Assembly: GCA_964016885.1 (NCBI GenBank)
Contig: OZ024742.1
Location: 2,852,001 to 2,916,000, forward strand
DNA from: Eledone cirrhosa
Lineage: Eukaryota
Reading direction: 5' to 3'
DNA: 64,000 nt
Positions 26,179 through 39,164 of the stretch are shown here, piece after piece; positions within the stretch are counted from its first letter, which is position 1; each line of letters begins with the position of its first letter. Below the pieces are notes generated by a model. That model was not told where the DNA came from, made no database searches, and saw only the letters and a list, made by a program, of their open reading frames with translations. The position numbers and the translations under genes were made by a program.

Positions 26179-28378
26179 ATGGCCAATATAAGAGATGGAT
26201 GTGTGAATGTACGCGGCCTGGGGATGCTCTGGAAACAGGGTAAACTCTTAAACGTCCTCAGGTTGCGCAGTATGGATGTAGTAGCCATTTGCGAGTCCAG
26301 GATCCACAGCGAGCGACAGCTGGCCCCCATCTTCGACGACTTTGAGATCTACGCATCTCTCTGTCAGCCGGGAGGTGGGAGTGGGGTTGCCGTTTTGCTG
26401 CGGAAACACCTGGACCTCGTAACACAGACGGTACATCTGGACCCGGAGAGTCGACTGGTGGTCCTAGACATTGACGGTAGTGACGGTGGAGCCTTCAGGC
26501 TGGTGGCCGCATATGCCCGATCCGGGACACCGCGGCCAGACTTCTTAAAACGTCTAGAGACTTTTCTGGGAACGTCCCGCTCCTTTCTTTTAGTGGGGGA
26601 CTGGAATGGAGTATGTCCCGATAAAGGGGGGTGTAACAGCCTCAACCAGTTAATCGGCCGATTTGACCTGACCGATAAATATCGACTAGATTTTCCGACT
26701 GTGCCACTGTGGACGTGGACTAATCTTGGCGGAACATCTAGATCGTACCTAGATAGGGTTCTAGTTAGAAATAAAGATAGTGACATGTTAAGCTGTCCAC
26801 AAATGTTCATGGTTGCCTATTCAGATCACAAACTAGTGACCAGCATGGTCAACCTTGATAGAACCCATAGTCAAGGACCCGGCTACTGGAAGCTGAACTT
26901 GTCGTTACCGACATTAAAAGCCTACAGTAGACGGATTAGCACTTTAGTTAAACAGCACTTGACAGTGGACATTGTCAACAACAGATGGTGGTACTCTCTC
27001 AAGAGGTCAGTTAGATTAGACTCGTTAGTTTTTAGTAAAGAATTAGCGATAGATAGAAATAGGACCGAGAAGGAACTGGTAGATAAAGTAGAAGAAGCAA
27101 TTACAAGTGGCAACGTAGCCAGCGTGCTAGCAACAAGAACGGCCTTGGACCAGTTCTTCGACGCAAAGCACGAGGGCTGCGTTATCAGAAGCAAAATACG
27201 TGCTCTGTGTAACGAGGTAGCCAAAGCTGGGCCGGGTGACGGAGGCGAAAAGTGGCAACAAGTCCACGATTCAGTCTTTGAAGGACCAAGACGGACGCGT
27301 GAACGTGAACCGAAGCAGATGTGCGCGGTCTTTCAGCGGCACTTTGCTCAGCAGTTCGGGCAGGGCGGCGCGCCGGGAGAGGATATGTATTTCGGTCCAT
27401 ACCTCGACGATCTGCCGCGAGTCTCGGACAGCGAGGCGAAGTTCTGCGAAAGGCCGATTTCAGCCGCTGAGATAGGGGACGCGCTGAGCCAATGCGGCAA
27501 ACGCAAATCTCCAGGTCTCGACGGTCTACCCTACGAATTTTACGTAGCAATGCCGAACTTGTTCTCTGTTCTCCTGGAAGCGGTCTACTGCAACTTGCAG
27601 CAGAACGGGAGAATTCCCAGTTCTGTTACCAGGGGCGTAGTCACGCTAGTCAGGAAGGACGAGAATATGAGGGATGACAACTTCCGGCCCACAACTCTGC
27701 TAAACACAAAGTTACAGATTTTGGCCAATGTGTTGGCAAAGAGGCTGGCGCTTGTCGTCAAAAACCTGGTGGGAGAAGCGCAGACATGCGCAATCCCGAC
27801 CAGGTCCATACACGACAACCTCCACCTGATGCGGTACATCGTAGAGAGGGTTGGGTGTAAACTCGGCTTCGGTGTGGCCCTGATCAACTTAGATCAGTCT
27901 AAGGCTTTCGATAGGGTTGACCATCGTTACCTGAATGCGGTACTCGAGGCGGCAGGCTTCGGACCCGTGTTCAGGAGCTGGATTGCTGCAATGCGCAGCA
28001 CAACATCTGCTGAAGGGTCAAGGTGAACGGCTACCTCTCGGAGCCGTTCCATATCACGCGATCCATTCGACAGGGATTCCCTCTCTCCTCCCTTCTGTAC
28101 GTACTGACTCTCGAGTGACTACTGCGGAAGTTGGAGCTATTGCAGGGCATCCCCCTGGAACCGGGACTGCGGAAAGCGACGTAACAGTAATGGTGTCGAA
28201 CACCTCGCAAATCGAGGAAGTCGGCATCTTACTGAAGGAATACGAAAGGTTCACAGGAGCGAAGCTGAACCGGGACAAGTCTATCGGTTTGCAACTCGGA
28301 TCGTAGAGAGGCAAACTGATGCCTTCCGATGGCGTTGTCGGACGCTGGACTAAAGGACCGGTAAAGCTGCTCGGGGTC
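26179..28378 (+). pseudogene. LINE ORF2 (APE endonuclease-reverse transcriptase), frameshifted and truncated
   Basis: NVRGL, LVGDWN, SYLDRV, SDHK, GPGYWKLN, KSPGLDGLPYEFY, NFRP.TLLNT, LDQSKAFDRVDH: a typical L1/Tx1 signature. Confidence 0.92.
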
Positions 28379-31300
28379 ATAATTTAACACGCCTCATCGG
28401 TAGGCAATAATACTAACATTAGGATAAAAGCTAGAAACTTGAGATACAATAGGAAAGACAGGGAAGCCAGTGAACCCCTCCGGGTAAGGTTACCACCCAA
28501 GGTTCTCTCTACCACAGAAGATGGGTTGTCTACGCCCGGGGCCAACTCTTCCCCCAGTACGAAAAATAGAAAAAATAGACGAAGTTCTAATTCCTACTTT
28601 AATCCACCTTACAACTCGGAGGTATCAACCAATATACCAAAGGCATTCTTTTTGATCTTGGAAAAAAACTTCCCCCCTCGGTAGTAAATACCATAGCATC
28701 ATTAATAAAAAACACAATTAAGCTATCATTCTCCACCACTCCAAATCTAGCTCGTCACCTAGCCATAACGAACAACAAAAACATTAGAAAGGGTTTCGAT
28801 ACCATTGCATCTGCGGGACACCCGCAGCCACTAGATGGACCTGATGCGGCGTCACCCAGCAGTACTATCCACACATCTGATGTACGGTTGCCAAATCTGG
28901 AACGCACAGAAAACCTAAATCTCCTGTGCCGAAGACTCACATACACCGCAAATGTAACTGCAGACGAAAGGCGGGTGCCCCCTAAAGGGGCAATGCCTTA
29001 TAAACAATAGTGTCTACGCATGTGATGTTACAACTCGGACCTCCTCCAAAACATATATAGGGTCTACATCGACCCCCTTTAAGACTAGATACAACTCCCA
29101 TCGCTATACATTTAGATATATGATAGACTTAAGAATACTACATCCCTAGATAGTTACATATCCCCCCCCCCTCAAGAACACTGATATTCAACACACGCTT
29201 GATTGGAGAATCATCACTAAATCATCGCAGTACAGACCCCCTAGCAAGACCTGTGACCTTTGTCTCTCTGAATCACACGCCATAATATACTCCAAACTGA
29301 ACCTGCTAAATAGGAAATCGGAAATATTCTCTTCTTGCCTGCACATACATCTTACCTCCTTCTATTACTTTAAACCAATAAGCTAACGCTGTAGGACTTT
29401 CATACCTCCCTCCTGTCTGGCCTACGTAAAACCACGCCACACTGCATCCTGGTTCCTTTGTAACGATAACTGCCCTTCAAGTGTATATAGACTACTCTAA
29501 TATTTTTTCTCTTTATTTTCTCTTTTCCCCTCTCTCTTACTTTTTTCTTCCTCTCTTCCCTAGTTCATCTTATTACCACAGGCCAAGAACCCATAGGGTA
29601 CAACCTACTTAAGGCTTTTCACTATACCTAGCACAGTTTGACCCTATATAGGCACCTACCCACACTAAACATATTAATATGGTTTATAAACACACCCATT
29701 GTGCGCTAACTGATAGCACAGCATAATAGTCTGTCGAAAGCCCAACAAACCCCGCCCCAGCTATAAAGCGGGTGGCTTGGGCATCCGGGGTCCAGTTAGC
29801 CTTGACCCTAAAGTGTGTGATAGATCTAACATAGTATAGTGAACTATGGGAGCAATTCGTGCGGGCTAGGTGCCACAGAATCGATCAAGCCCAGGGGGAA
29901 AGGGGTAGTTCGTCGCTGAGGGGTTCGAATCGAACAAATAACTCGCCCCAAGCGTCCCGTTGGATATCTAATGAATCCGCCCTTTATGACGCCAATTGCC
30001 TCCCGCACTTTTCATAAGCACACTACGACTTCCTGAGTTTATATTCTGACAACCGTTGTGTGTTACTAGCGAGAGGTTAACCTTTGAAATTTTGAAATTG
30101 TTGAATATGAATTGTGCTCCAGCTTTGATGAATTATAGAACCACACTCAAGGCAATGTGCGACACTGGATATTGAATTCCGGCCGACTCGGGAGGGGTCA
30201 CACCCGATTGTGAATGGAGTGCAACCATCGGATTCAGTAATTTATACGAAAACCACGTGGCGGACATATAAATAACATAGCTGTCATTGACATTTTTGAC
30301 CGTGAGTTTTCTATATATATTCTAGAGAAATTTGCACTCACTCTAATAAACCCGCTTATTATTGTAACAATATCTGCTTTTTCCTCACTCTGCCATAGGT
30401 AATTCTGGAAGCGGAGTTTCCTAAATACACTTTCTCTCTATGTGACGGGATAGCCATCACGATTTACATTTACTGTGGTATAATTGTATACGGTACGACA
30501 TTGGTTCGACGCCAACTTGGACATACAGGGAATTTCACTTGAGACGTTGGGTTGAGCGACCGAACATGAGGACTTTGGGGGATGCCAGTTATTGCGGACC
30601 TGTCGTATTTTCAATTTCCTCACTTGTGTGCCGGCTGTACATGTACCATTCATTTCTTCAACTCATCGTACTTTATTTTATTTTAGATTTTAGGTGTCTA
30701 TCGCAGACCGCCCATGGTGATAAAACCCCTGGGTATATGTTTTGGAAAAATAATGTTATCTCGCCTAACGCTCGAAACTGGAACTTATCGATGTGGTTCG
30801 TCGGGTGCTGATATGATACGGAGAATCAACCTGTTACAAGGCGATATAATTGGAGTACACCATCCTTCCTATGGACAATCATACATGTAAAGCTGCACCA
30901 CCGCTAACCAACTATTCTTCTCACAGACTCATGCTTGCAAACTCTTTTAATCTGCCTGTACACCCTATTTTTGCACTGCTTGTGCTTTGATGTATCTATG
31001 CTTTGCTTTGTATTTTTTTTTTTTTTTTTGTTCCTTTATTGTTTTTATTTTTATTTCTTTTGTTATTTTTGTATTTTTGTACTTTTTTATTGTTTTTGAT
31101 CATGCTGAGTAATAACTTCACTCATTCCTTGCTACCCTCTCTCAACCTCTTTATCATCTATTGCACCATTTAAGTGATAAATGTTTGGTGTAATTTTTAA
31201 TTTTTAATTTTTTATGTAATTTTTTATGACATTTTATGACATTATGTTCATCATGTTTTCTGTCTTTTTCTATATAGCGCTGGCCTCGGGACCCCCCCAC

Positions 31301-31577
31301 CCCCTGCTGGTCCTTTAACCTTGTACTGGTGACGCAGCTTGATGGAGCATGCAACTATTGATATACTCTTGTTTATAAGCTCTGATGATTCCTGCCATAG
31401 GATATGGATGAAACACTGTTAGCTAATAAAACAATGTATTTCTAAGCACTCTTTGTTATTCTTATAATTATAACGGCTCTGTAGTATACTAGTTATCCTA
31501 CATTGAGCTAAAACCACACTCTCATACCAAGAGCAATATATCTACGTGTCTGGGCACATTGATATATTTGTCAACGA

Positions 31578-31580
<3 letters not shown>
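28379..31580 (+). mobile_element. 5'-truncated Penelope-like (Naiad-type) element with a 2.2-kb 3' region ending in a hammerhead
   Basis: Decayed linker/GIY-YIG at 28400-29386 (YFNPPYNS, CNC, YIGST, CDLC.SE), hammerhead at 31378 and (TA)n after 31580. Continuity of the middle part is inferred. Confidence 0.75.
31378..31424 (+). ncRNA. Minimal type I hammerhead ribozyme
   Basis: AGCT-CTGATGA-TTCCTGCCATAGGATATGGAT-GAAAC-ACT-GTT-AGCT. Confidence 0.7.
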
Positions 31581-31651
<71 letters not shown>

Positions 31652-32235
31652 CATCTGCCGTATGAAAATACCAAATACTGAACATATACTATACATTTTC
31701 ACTTCACTTCATTTCTGCTGTTATTGTTTCAATTTTATCTTATTGAATTTCTACATATCCCTTTTTCTATTATTTATAATTTTAATCATTATAAACCAAA
31801 ATTTAAAACTGTAAAATTTTATATAATATGAAATAGTCATCAAAGTTGTATTATAGTGTAACATTGAATATTATCTGACAATTAATATCCGTTGAATGAC
31901 TTTGTTGAAGTCATAAAACTCTCACAAAGCAGACGACCATTATGTATGTCCGTTATATTGTAGCATCATTAAAATATTTATTTCCAAAGGCTTGCCTTAA
32001 CATTTATCAACCAACCATTATAATATGCTTCGTAAAATTCAATGTTAATGCAAACTATTTTGTTTCGTTTTATTTTATGATTTTAAAATGACATAAAATG
32101 TTTGAATTAGCAGTGAAATAATTTATATAATAATGAAAAGATATTTTATATTTTATAATAAATGAATCAATGGAAATATTTATTTAAAGTTTGAGGACAG
32201 TCTTTAATTATCTTAATTAATTGATTAATAAATTA

Positions 32236-32378
<143 letters not shown>

Positions 32379-32520
32379 AACACACACATTTATATATATA
32401 TATATATGTTACGTGATTACAAAGGAAAAGCAAATGAAAAAAGAGTGCTCTATGTATAGAACAGAGCTATTTAATTGGCTAAATAATTAGCTAACTAAAT
32501 ATATATATATATATATAATA

Positions 32521-33149
32521 CAATATGTAGAAAAGATAATACATCCGAGAGAGAGATAGTGCGCCATCAGTCAAACAGGGAAAAACCACCAGTGTATGGA
32601 ATTTATAGCCCATGGAAAGCAAAGTAGACACAATAATTAAAGGTGTAAATAAAAGTGCAAATACGTACCTTGATAACTATCTAGCACACACGTACAAATC
32701 CAACAGGATCTGTTTCTCTTCTTGTCTCTCTCTGTTTGATTGAGCACACTTCTCTGAGTGGTTTGGGCTGCCCTTTCTAGCAGCTCGTCCATCAGAGTCC
32801 ACTGGTTGCTGCCCTAGGCACGCTGTTAATTTATCTCTACCACGTGTGGCTGGACGGTCGCTTTAGATTCTTTTAATGTTATCTGAAATGTATAGCCTTA
32901 CACACGCTGATGAACCATAGGCTAATCATTTCTGACAACAAATTAGTTGGTGAAACAGATCCTGTTGGATTTGTACGTGTGTGTTAGATAGCTATCAAGG
33001 TACGTATTTGCACTTTGATTTATACTTTTAATTATTGTGTGTCTACTTTGCCTTCCATGGGCTATAGATTCCATACACTGGTGGTTTTTCCCTGTTTGAC
33101 TGATGGCGCACTATCTCTCTCTCGGGTGTGTCATCTTTTCTACATATTG
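32521..33149 (+). mobile_element. Fold-back non-autonomous element with about 195-bp inverted arms and a hammerhead
   Basis: 32521-32716 is the reverse complement of 32952-33149. Confidence 0.85.
32899..32983 (+). ncRNA. Full-size type I hammerhead ribozyme
   Basis: Stem I TACACACG/CGTGTGTG; CTGATGA; stem II ACCA..TGGT with inner GCTAAT/ATTAGT; GAAA; stem III ACAGATCC/GGATTTGT; GUA triplet at 32973-32975. Confidence 0.88.
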
Positions 33150-33254
33150 TATTATAAAGGGCTCGGGATTCCTTCTCCTTTGAGCACATTAATGACAGGG
33201 AATAGCGAGAGTCGATGGTTCCGTTAATTTATCGTGATATATATATAATAAATT

Positions 33255-33345
<91 letters not shown>

Positions 33346-33359
33346 GTTATATATATATA

Positions 33360-33791
33360 TATCAATAATATTAATAAATGGAAACTATCTTTATAAAACC
33401 ATATTTATTTTATTATATATATTTCAAGGGTACCAAAATTACCACTCTCATCAAATAAAATACAAAAGTTGTTTTACAGATAGTGACATATTCAAAACTA
33501 GAACTTAATGTTTTGTGTTCTATTTGAATAGAACTCAAATAGAACTCAATACATTAAGTTCTCGTTTGAATATGTCACTATCTGTAAAAGAGCTTTTGTA
33601 TTTTATCTGATGAGAGTGTACCAACATTTTGGTACCCTTGAAATATATATAATAAAATAAATATGGCTTTATAAAGATAGTTTCCATTTATTAATATTAT
33701 TGATATTATACTCCAGAACAAAATCGTTGAGTGCTTCTAATCTGTTATAAACTAAATTTGTTGAATAATCAACAAATTAAATAACTCATTG

Positions 33792-33795
<4 letters not shown>
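33360..33795 (+). mobile_element. Fold-back pseudo-LTR remnant of Penelope-like family B
   Basis: 33360-33520 and 33548-33705 are inverted copies, homologous to the pseudo-LTRs at 36650-36945 and 46130-46575. Confidence 0.8.
33601..33657 (+). ncRNA. Minimal type I hammerhead ribozyme (family B)
   Basis: TTTTAT-CTGATGA-GAGTGTACCAACATTTTGGTACCCTT-GAAA-TATATATA-ATAAAA, with a self-complementary AT stem III. Confidence 0.75.
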
Positions 33796-33842
<47 letters not shown>

Positions 33843-34301
33843 TGGCGGATAGGTCAGATTGCCCAGTGGCAAGAGGGCCCCAGGGGGGGGGGGCCCACTG
33901 TAGCATCGTAAGAGCCCACAGAAGCATTGCAGGGACCACTCTAGTATTTTAGGGGCCAATGCTTTGCTTTCAAAAAATACCTGACATCTAAGAGAAAGAA
34001 TGAAATAAAAAAAAAAAAAAAAAAAAACAATTAGCAAAGTATTTGGTCAACCAACTCCCCAGGGAATTAATAGAAACCAAATATAGGATAGTAAATAGAG
34101 CTGGAATCAGTGGTTGTACATTATACTAAATCTAAAGCCTAGTGTATTCATTCATTCATGCATGCAAATATACATATATAGACACAGACACACAAGCATA
34201 TATATATATATATATATATACTTACAGACGAACTACTGACCAACTAATATTCTTTATCAATGGGTTAAAGACATCTGTCAAATCAATTAGTGGTAAAGAT
34301 G

Positions 34302-34342
<41 letters not shown>

Positions 34343-34424
34343 GTTATTTCGGGTTGAATCGGAGGTAACCACAGTAAGTAAGGTACTCAATACATTGCAG
34401 AGTATAAAAGTTTTAATATAGATG

Positions 34425-34475
34425 AGATTCTACAGGACTAGAACTGTTTCATTCTTTAGAAATCATCAGGAATCT
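34425..34475 (-). ncRNA. Type I hammerhead ribozyme (family A) in a short fold-back element (34340-34549)
   Basis: Reverse complement of the family A motif, followed by a partial inverted copy lacking CTG. Confidence 0.82.
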
Positions 34476-34564
34476 CATGATTTCTAAAGAATGATTTCTA
34501 AAGAATGAAACAGTTCTAGTCCTGTAGAATCTCATCTATATTAAAACTATATATATATATATAT

Positions 34565-35178
34565 GTGGTAGCTGCCAACTCGTTTTCGAGTACGGCCACT
34601 ACTTTATATCCATGTAGGAGAACCCCTACCGATGCGCTGAACGAGTGTGACTTTTTAGTCCAGCCAGCGACTTGAAAACTCTGGTACAAACACTACACTT
34701 GTGACAATTATTGACACATAGTGCTTGGCCCATGGTACCATGTGACGACAAGTGCAGAGAGATCTCCAGATATAATGCAATGCCTGTGCCGTGAAGCTTT
34801 TATAGTGAGCAAAGGCACTGCACAAAGCCAGTCCCACTCTCTTAACCAAGATGATATTTACCAAAAAGAAGAACAAGTCAACATCATTGGATACCATCAG
34901 GGTTGCAGGTGTTATATCAGAGTTTTCCTTCTCCTAGAATTCTGCCTTGACAAAGGCTAAGGGGTCATCTCTCCCGGTGATTTTGGATGGCCATTGACTC
35001 TTAAGAGGTCCTTTGCCCTTTGACAGGTTTTGTTTTTAGTCCTGCAAGATGCCCAAAGTCACCCTCCTCACCAAAAAACCTTGGTGGGGTTGCCAGTTTA
35101 GTCGCCAACGACCCGACCATGAGACAGGTTGTACTGGGATACATGTTACCAGTAGCACCAAGTGGTGACCTGACATAA
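34565..35178 (-). repeat. Interspersed repeat resembling an RTE-type 5' region; second copy at 48360-48550 (+)
   Basis: Shared GTGCTACTGGTAAC..AGTACAACCTGTC..GGGTCGT.GGCGACTAAAC.GGCAA..CTTGGTGAGG-like sequence. The family assignment is tentative. Confidence 0.5.
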
Positions 35179-35257
35179 TATATATATAATCAAGGTTTAG
35201 CAAATAAGAAAAAGTTTTAAAATAAATTTTAAAAAGTTCACTGTACCTGCTATAATT

Positions 35258-35341
35258 ACCCTTACCGAGCGGTTTCAAGTCTCAAAATAAATGGATAATC
35301 CATGCGGAAATCCATTGAGAAGAAGACTTTCCTCAGAGGGT
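35258..35341 (-). ncRNA. Type I hammerhead ribozyme with extended stem II
   Basis: Minus strand: ACCCT-CTGAGGA-AAGTCT...AGACTT-GAAA-CCGCTCGG-TA-AGGGT; stem III ACC/GGT, GUA triplet. Confidence 0.82.
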
Positions 35342-35620
35342 TCTTCTCACTCGGAGAATATAAAATTCCCGAGTTCAAATCACGAACTGGCCCCATACAG
35401 AACTGTTCCCGGATGAGAGTGTATGATGAAGAAACAATCCTGTCTATTGCCGTGTGTAAAGATAGAAGGTAGGGGCGGAAAGGTCAATGTACTGCCACTA
35501 GAAATAGCAGCAGTTGAAACGACCAAAATGTTATCTCGACCAGGGGAGATTAATAATAATAACGTATGTTTTCCTACATGCAAAATGCATGTAGGGACAC
35601 ATCCAACTGTATGCCAATGT

Positions 35621-35692
<72 letters not shown>

Positions 35693-35997
35693 ATATATAT
35701 AATATAAGTTTATCGTGGGTTCAATCGTGGGTAACCACAGGAAGTAAGGTACTCAATACAAAGCAGAGTATAAATGTTTAATATAGAAAAGGCTTCTACA
35801 GGCCATTCGGGAGAAATCATAGATAGATATATAGCTGCACACACACACACATATATTGAGTGATTGTGAAATGCCAAATGTCATTGAAAGTCACTGGATT
35901 TCGCAAACACCAAATGATTTAGAAGTGGACATTAAGTAGGAGCAATAACATTAAGAAAGACATGAACGACACCACAATACTTTGATTTGAAAATGTT

Positions 35998-36303
35998 GAA
36001 AGTAGGTTTATAAGTATGAATTTTCGTAAGATTTTCGTGGTTGTTTCTGTAGCCTAGCGGTAGGTACTAGAGACGATGGAGATCCTGACCTTGGGTTCAA
36101 GCCTTGTCAAGAGGAATATGTAACCTTTTTCAGTTTTTATTTTCCAACATATAGTAAAAAAACTGAAAAGGTTTACCGGGAACCCTACTCCCGACCAGGA
36201 TCGAACTTCACACCAAGATCACCACCGTCTATGATTCCTCCAACTAGGCCACTAAGAAATCTACAAAAGTATAATGAAAATTGATAATTATAAACCTACT
36301 TTC
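35998..36303. repeat. Diverged inverted repeat containing two tRNA-like (A-box/B-box) units
   Basis: TAGCCTAGCGG (36050) and GGTTCAAGCC (36094) on +; TGGCCTAGTTGG and GTTCGATCC on -; outer arms GAAAGTAGGTTTATAA/TTATAAACCTACTTTC. Confidence 0.65.
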
Positions 36304-36379
36304 AGAATCAAAGTTAAAAAGATGTGCTGTCTTTCATGGCTTTCCTAGAGCTATTAGTAATCTTTAGGAACATAATAGC

Positions 36380-36421
36380 AGCACTGACGATGTTGCAGAT
36401 GTGCAATGAAAGAACTTTGTT
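36380..36421 (+). ncRNA. Minimal hammerhead-like motif
   Basis: AGCA-CTGACGA-TGTTGCAGATGTGCAAT-GAAA-GAACTT-TGTT. Stem II TTGCA/TGCAA is good; stems I and III are weak. Confidence 0.55.
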
Positions 36422-36786
36422 AGACTATATACATATGTGTTTATATCTATATTATATCTGTATTTTTGACCGTTGGTCACTCAATGGTAAACATTGAGGA
36501 CTAAATGAATTCACTGATATAAAAGATACAGAAGCGAAAACCAACCAAACAGTGAGTGTGTTCTGTTATTAATTCTGGCAATATTATTACAACAATATGA
36601 CCCTCCCCAAGTATAACAATATGTATATATATATATATTTATATATATATATGCAGAAGTTATATTTAATTTGTTGGGATTCCAACTAGCTTAAAAGTTT
36701 ATAACTGATATAAAGCACTCAACAGTTACTGGAGTAAATATTCAATATATTAATAAATGGAAATTATATTTATAAAACCATAATTA

Positions 36787-36847
36787 TTTTATTATATATA
36801 TTTCAAGGGCTACCAAGGCAGTCTTGGTGCGCTTTCATCAGATAAAA
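36787..36847 (-). ncRNA. Minimal type I hammerhead ribozyme (family B, 3' pseudo-LTR)
   Basis: Minus strand: TTTTAT CTGATGA AAGCGCACCAAGACTGCCTTGGTAGCCCTT GAAA TATATATA ATAAAA. Confidence 0.78.
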
Positions 36848-38334
36848 TACAAGATTTGTTTTATATAACCGCGGAAAAACAACCTTGACGGTTGAAAGTT
36901 CGCTGGATAGTGGAAACATTTTTTATTGAGGGTAATTCAAAGTTCTGTGGGAGTATGCAAATGAATGTCCGAAAAATTAACAAAAACAACCGTCTATTTA
37001 AATTATACTGTTGGAAGAAGAAAGAAAAAAGAAAGAGAGAAAAAAGGGAGAAAAGAATATTATTATATGTAGAGTTAGAGTGAAGAAAAAAAATGAAGAA
37101 AGAAAGAGCGAAGAAATAAGCTTATCCAAGGATGAGTTTGTATATCGTAAATACGTCATATGTTTATGTTAGATATTTATGTTACGTATATTTACTAATA
37201 ATTGTTAAATTCTATTATAAGTATATAGAAAGTTAGATATATAGAAAAAATAAAGAAAAAGATATATTAAGAATAAAGATATATTAAAAATAAAAAATAT
37301 ATTAAAAATAAAAATAAAAATAAAGATATATTAAAATATATTAAGATATATTAAAATATATTAAAATATATTAAAATGTATTAAAAATAGATTTAAATAA
37401 GTAAGAAGTAGGAGCATAGATATAAAGATGGATATATGAGAGTACAAATGGGTATATCATGTTATAGATGTTAAATTATTTAAATTAAATTAAATTAACT
37501 GAGTCAATAAGATTACTTATATGTTTAATGTTTTACATTGTAAAAATATTGAAAATGCCAGTTTTGTTTATTTATTAGTTGTTATGAGATAAGTTTGACA
37601 ATGATAGGTTTAAAGATATATTTAGCCAGACTTTGTTACTGGTTGTAACTCTAATATTAAATAATTACAAAAAATTAGAAAATATTACAAAAAATTACAA
37701 AAAAATTAGATAATTAATTAAAAGTATAAGAAAATAATAAAACCATTTAAAAATTCAGATTATAAAAAGACTTTCAAGAGATTCTTTTTTTAAATCTCAA
37801 AAAGACTCCGAAGATACTCGAAATTTAAAAAAAAACGTTTAAAATTAATTAAAACCTAAAATTATTCAGGAATTATAATTAAAACTTAGAATTATTCAAA
37901 AATATATAAAGAAATATTAAGAAATACTTGAAAATACTTAAAATATTAAAAAATATTTAGAAATGTTTAAAATATAAAAAAAATATAAAAATTTAAAAAA
38001 TATATAAAAATATTAGGTGATCCCGAAAAAATAGTTTTTTGGAAATAAATAATTTTTATTTTTTTTTATTTTAAAAAATGTTTAAGTAATCTTTCTAAAA
38101 AGATTATGAGATATTTTGGAAGTAAGATAAATATAGATAAAAATAAAGATATTTAAGAAATAAAAATATTAAAAAGAAAAGATTTAAGAAGTAAATTATA
38201 TATATTTTTAAGAAGTAAAAGATATTAAAATTAGAATTACATTAAATTTAAATTTAAATTTAAATTTAGAATTTATGAATATATATGCATATAATTTAAG
38301 AAATGAGATTATAGGTGTTTGGATAGAGTAAACA

Positions 38335-39160
38335 TTATGTAGGGAAGATTAAACGTGTAATAATATTTTATATATATATCTAAAAGTTGAATTTTGGCGA
38401 TGTTTACAAGAACTATATAAATTATCACGCAAATTAATGGAGTTCTTACATTTAAGTATGAAGAAAATTTCTTCAACACACAAATTGCAAAATTTGGATA
38501 AAGCTGTGTAATCGTAAGCAGGTGCTTATGAAATTATATTCCAAGCTAAAGAATAGTCTATATTTTTGGATCTTAGGTTCCATATCAGGTTGGATAGAGA
38601 AGTTGAAGATTTTTTAGAAATATTAATAAACGAACATTTATGGTTATTGAAACGGGATTTAAAGTCTGTAGAAGTTGAGCCTACATAGTTAAAAGTATTA
38701 TCATTAGTTTTGACATTGCATTTATAGACCACATTTTTAACTAAACAGTTATTTTTTAGAGGACAGTTAGATTTAATTCTACAATTACATTTATCAGAGT
38801 ATATATTATTCAGAACAGTATTGTTATATTGGATATTTCTAGAGGTATTAGTGCTATTCTGGTTAAGGTTTAGATTCCTATTATTGATTCTATTTATATT
38901 CTGTGCTAAATTCATAGTAGTAGAGTAAGATAGTTTAATTGTATGTCTGTTAAAGATTGAATAATATCTATGTGCCTTGGGAAAACATTTATCAAGAGCT
39001 TTAAAAAATAGTTTAGCTAAAGGTGTTTTAATACTTAGTGAACATGGAGGAGCATACCATATTATGTTTCTAGTTCTATTTCTTCTTTTAGTTTTAGAGT
39101 TTATGCTAGGTTTCTTATTATATCTTGCAGTTGTTATTGGTGTTGTTGTTGTTTTGTTTG
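38335..39160 (-). pseudogene. Penelope-like linker + GIY-YIG endonuclease (one in-frame TAA)
   Basis: WYAPP, FP..H.YY.IFN..TIKLSYS, CNC..CPL..C, VVYKC..YVGST..FK.R..NH, CNLC.EE, SCKH. Confidence 0.88.
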
Positions 39161-39164
39161 TTGT

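Larger units (their letters stand above)
23915..28378 (+). mobile_element. Tx1/L1-clade LINE, 5' end apparently intact, 3'-truncated
   Basis: Short 5' UTR, ORF1 with a CCHC knuckle and ORF2 with APE-RT. The sequence stops at GTAAAGCTGCTCGGGGT (compare 43125-43141). Confidence 0.9.

Noticed and set aside
29705-29800. CTGATAG...CGAAA as a hammerhead
   Set aside because: The core is not CUGANGA and there is no UH junction adjoining stem I. It is reported instead as an unassigned structured RNA.
37100-38330. Extremely AT-rich segment as a mitochondrial insertion or origin
   Set aside because: No mitochondrial gene motifs; it lies between the ORF end and pseudo-LTR of the Penelope element, consistent with its 3' UTR.
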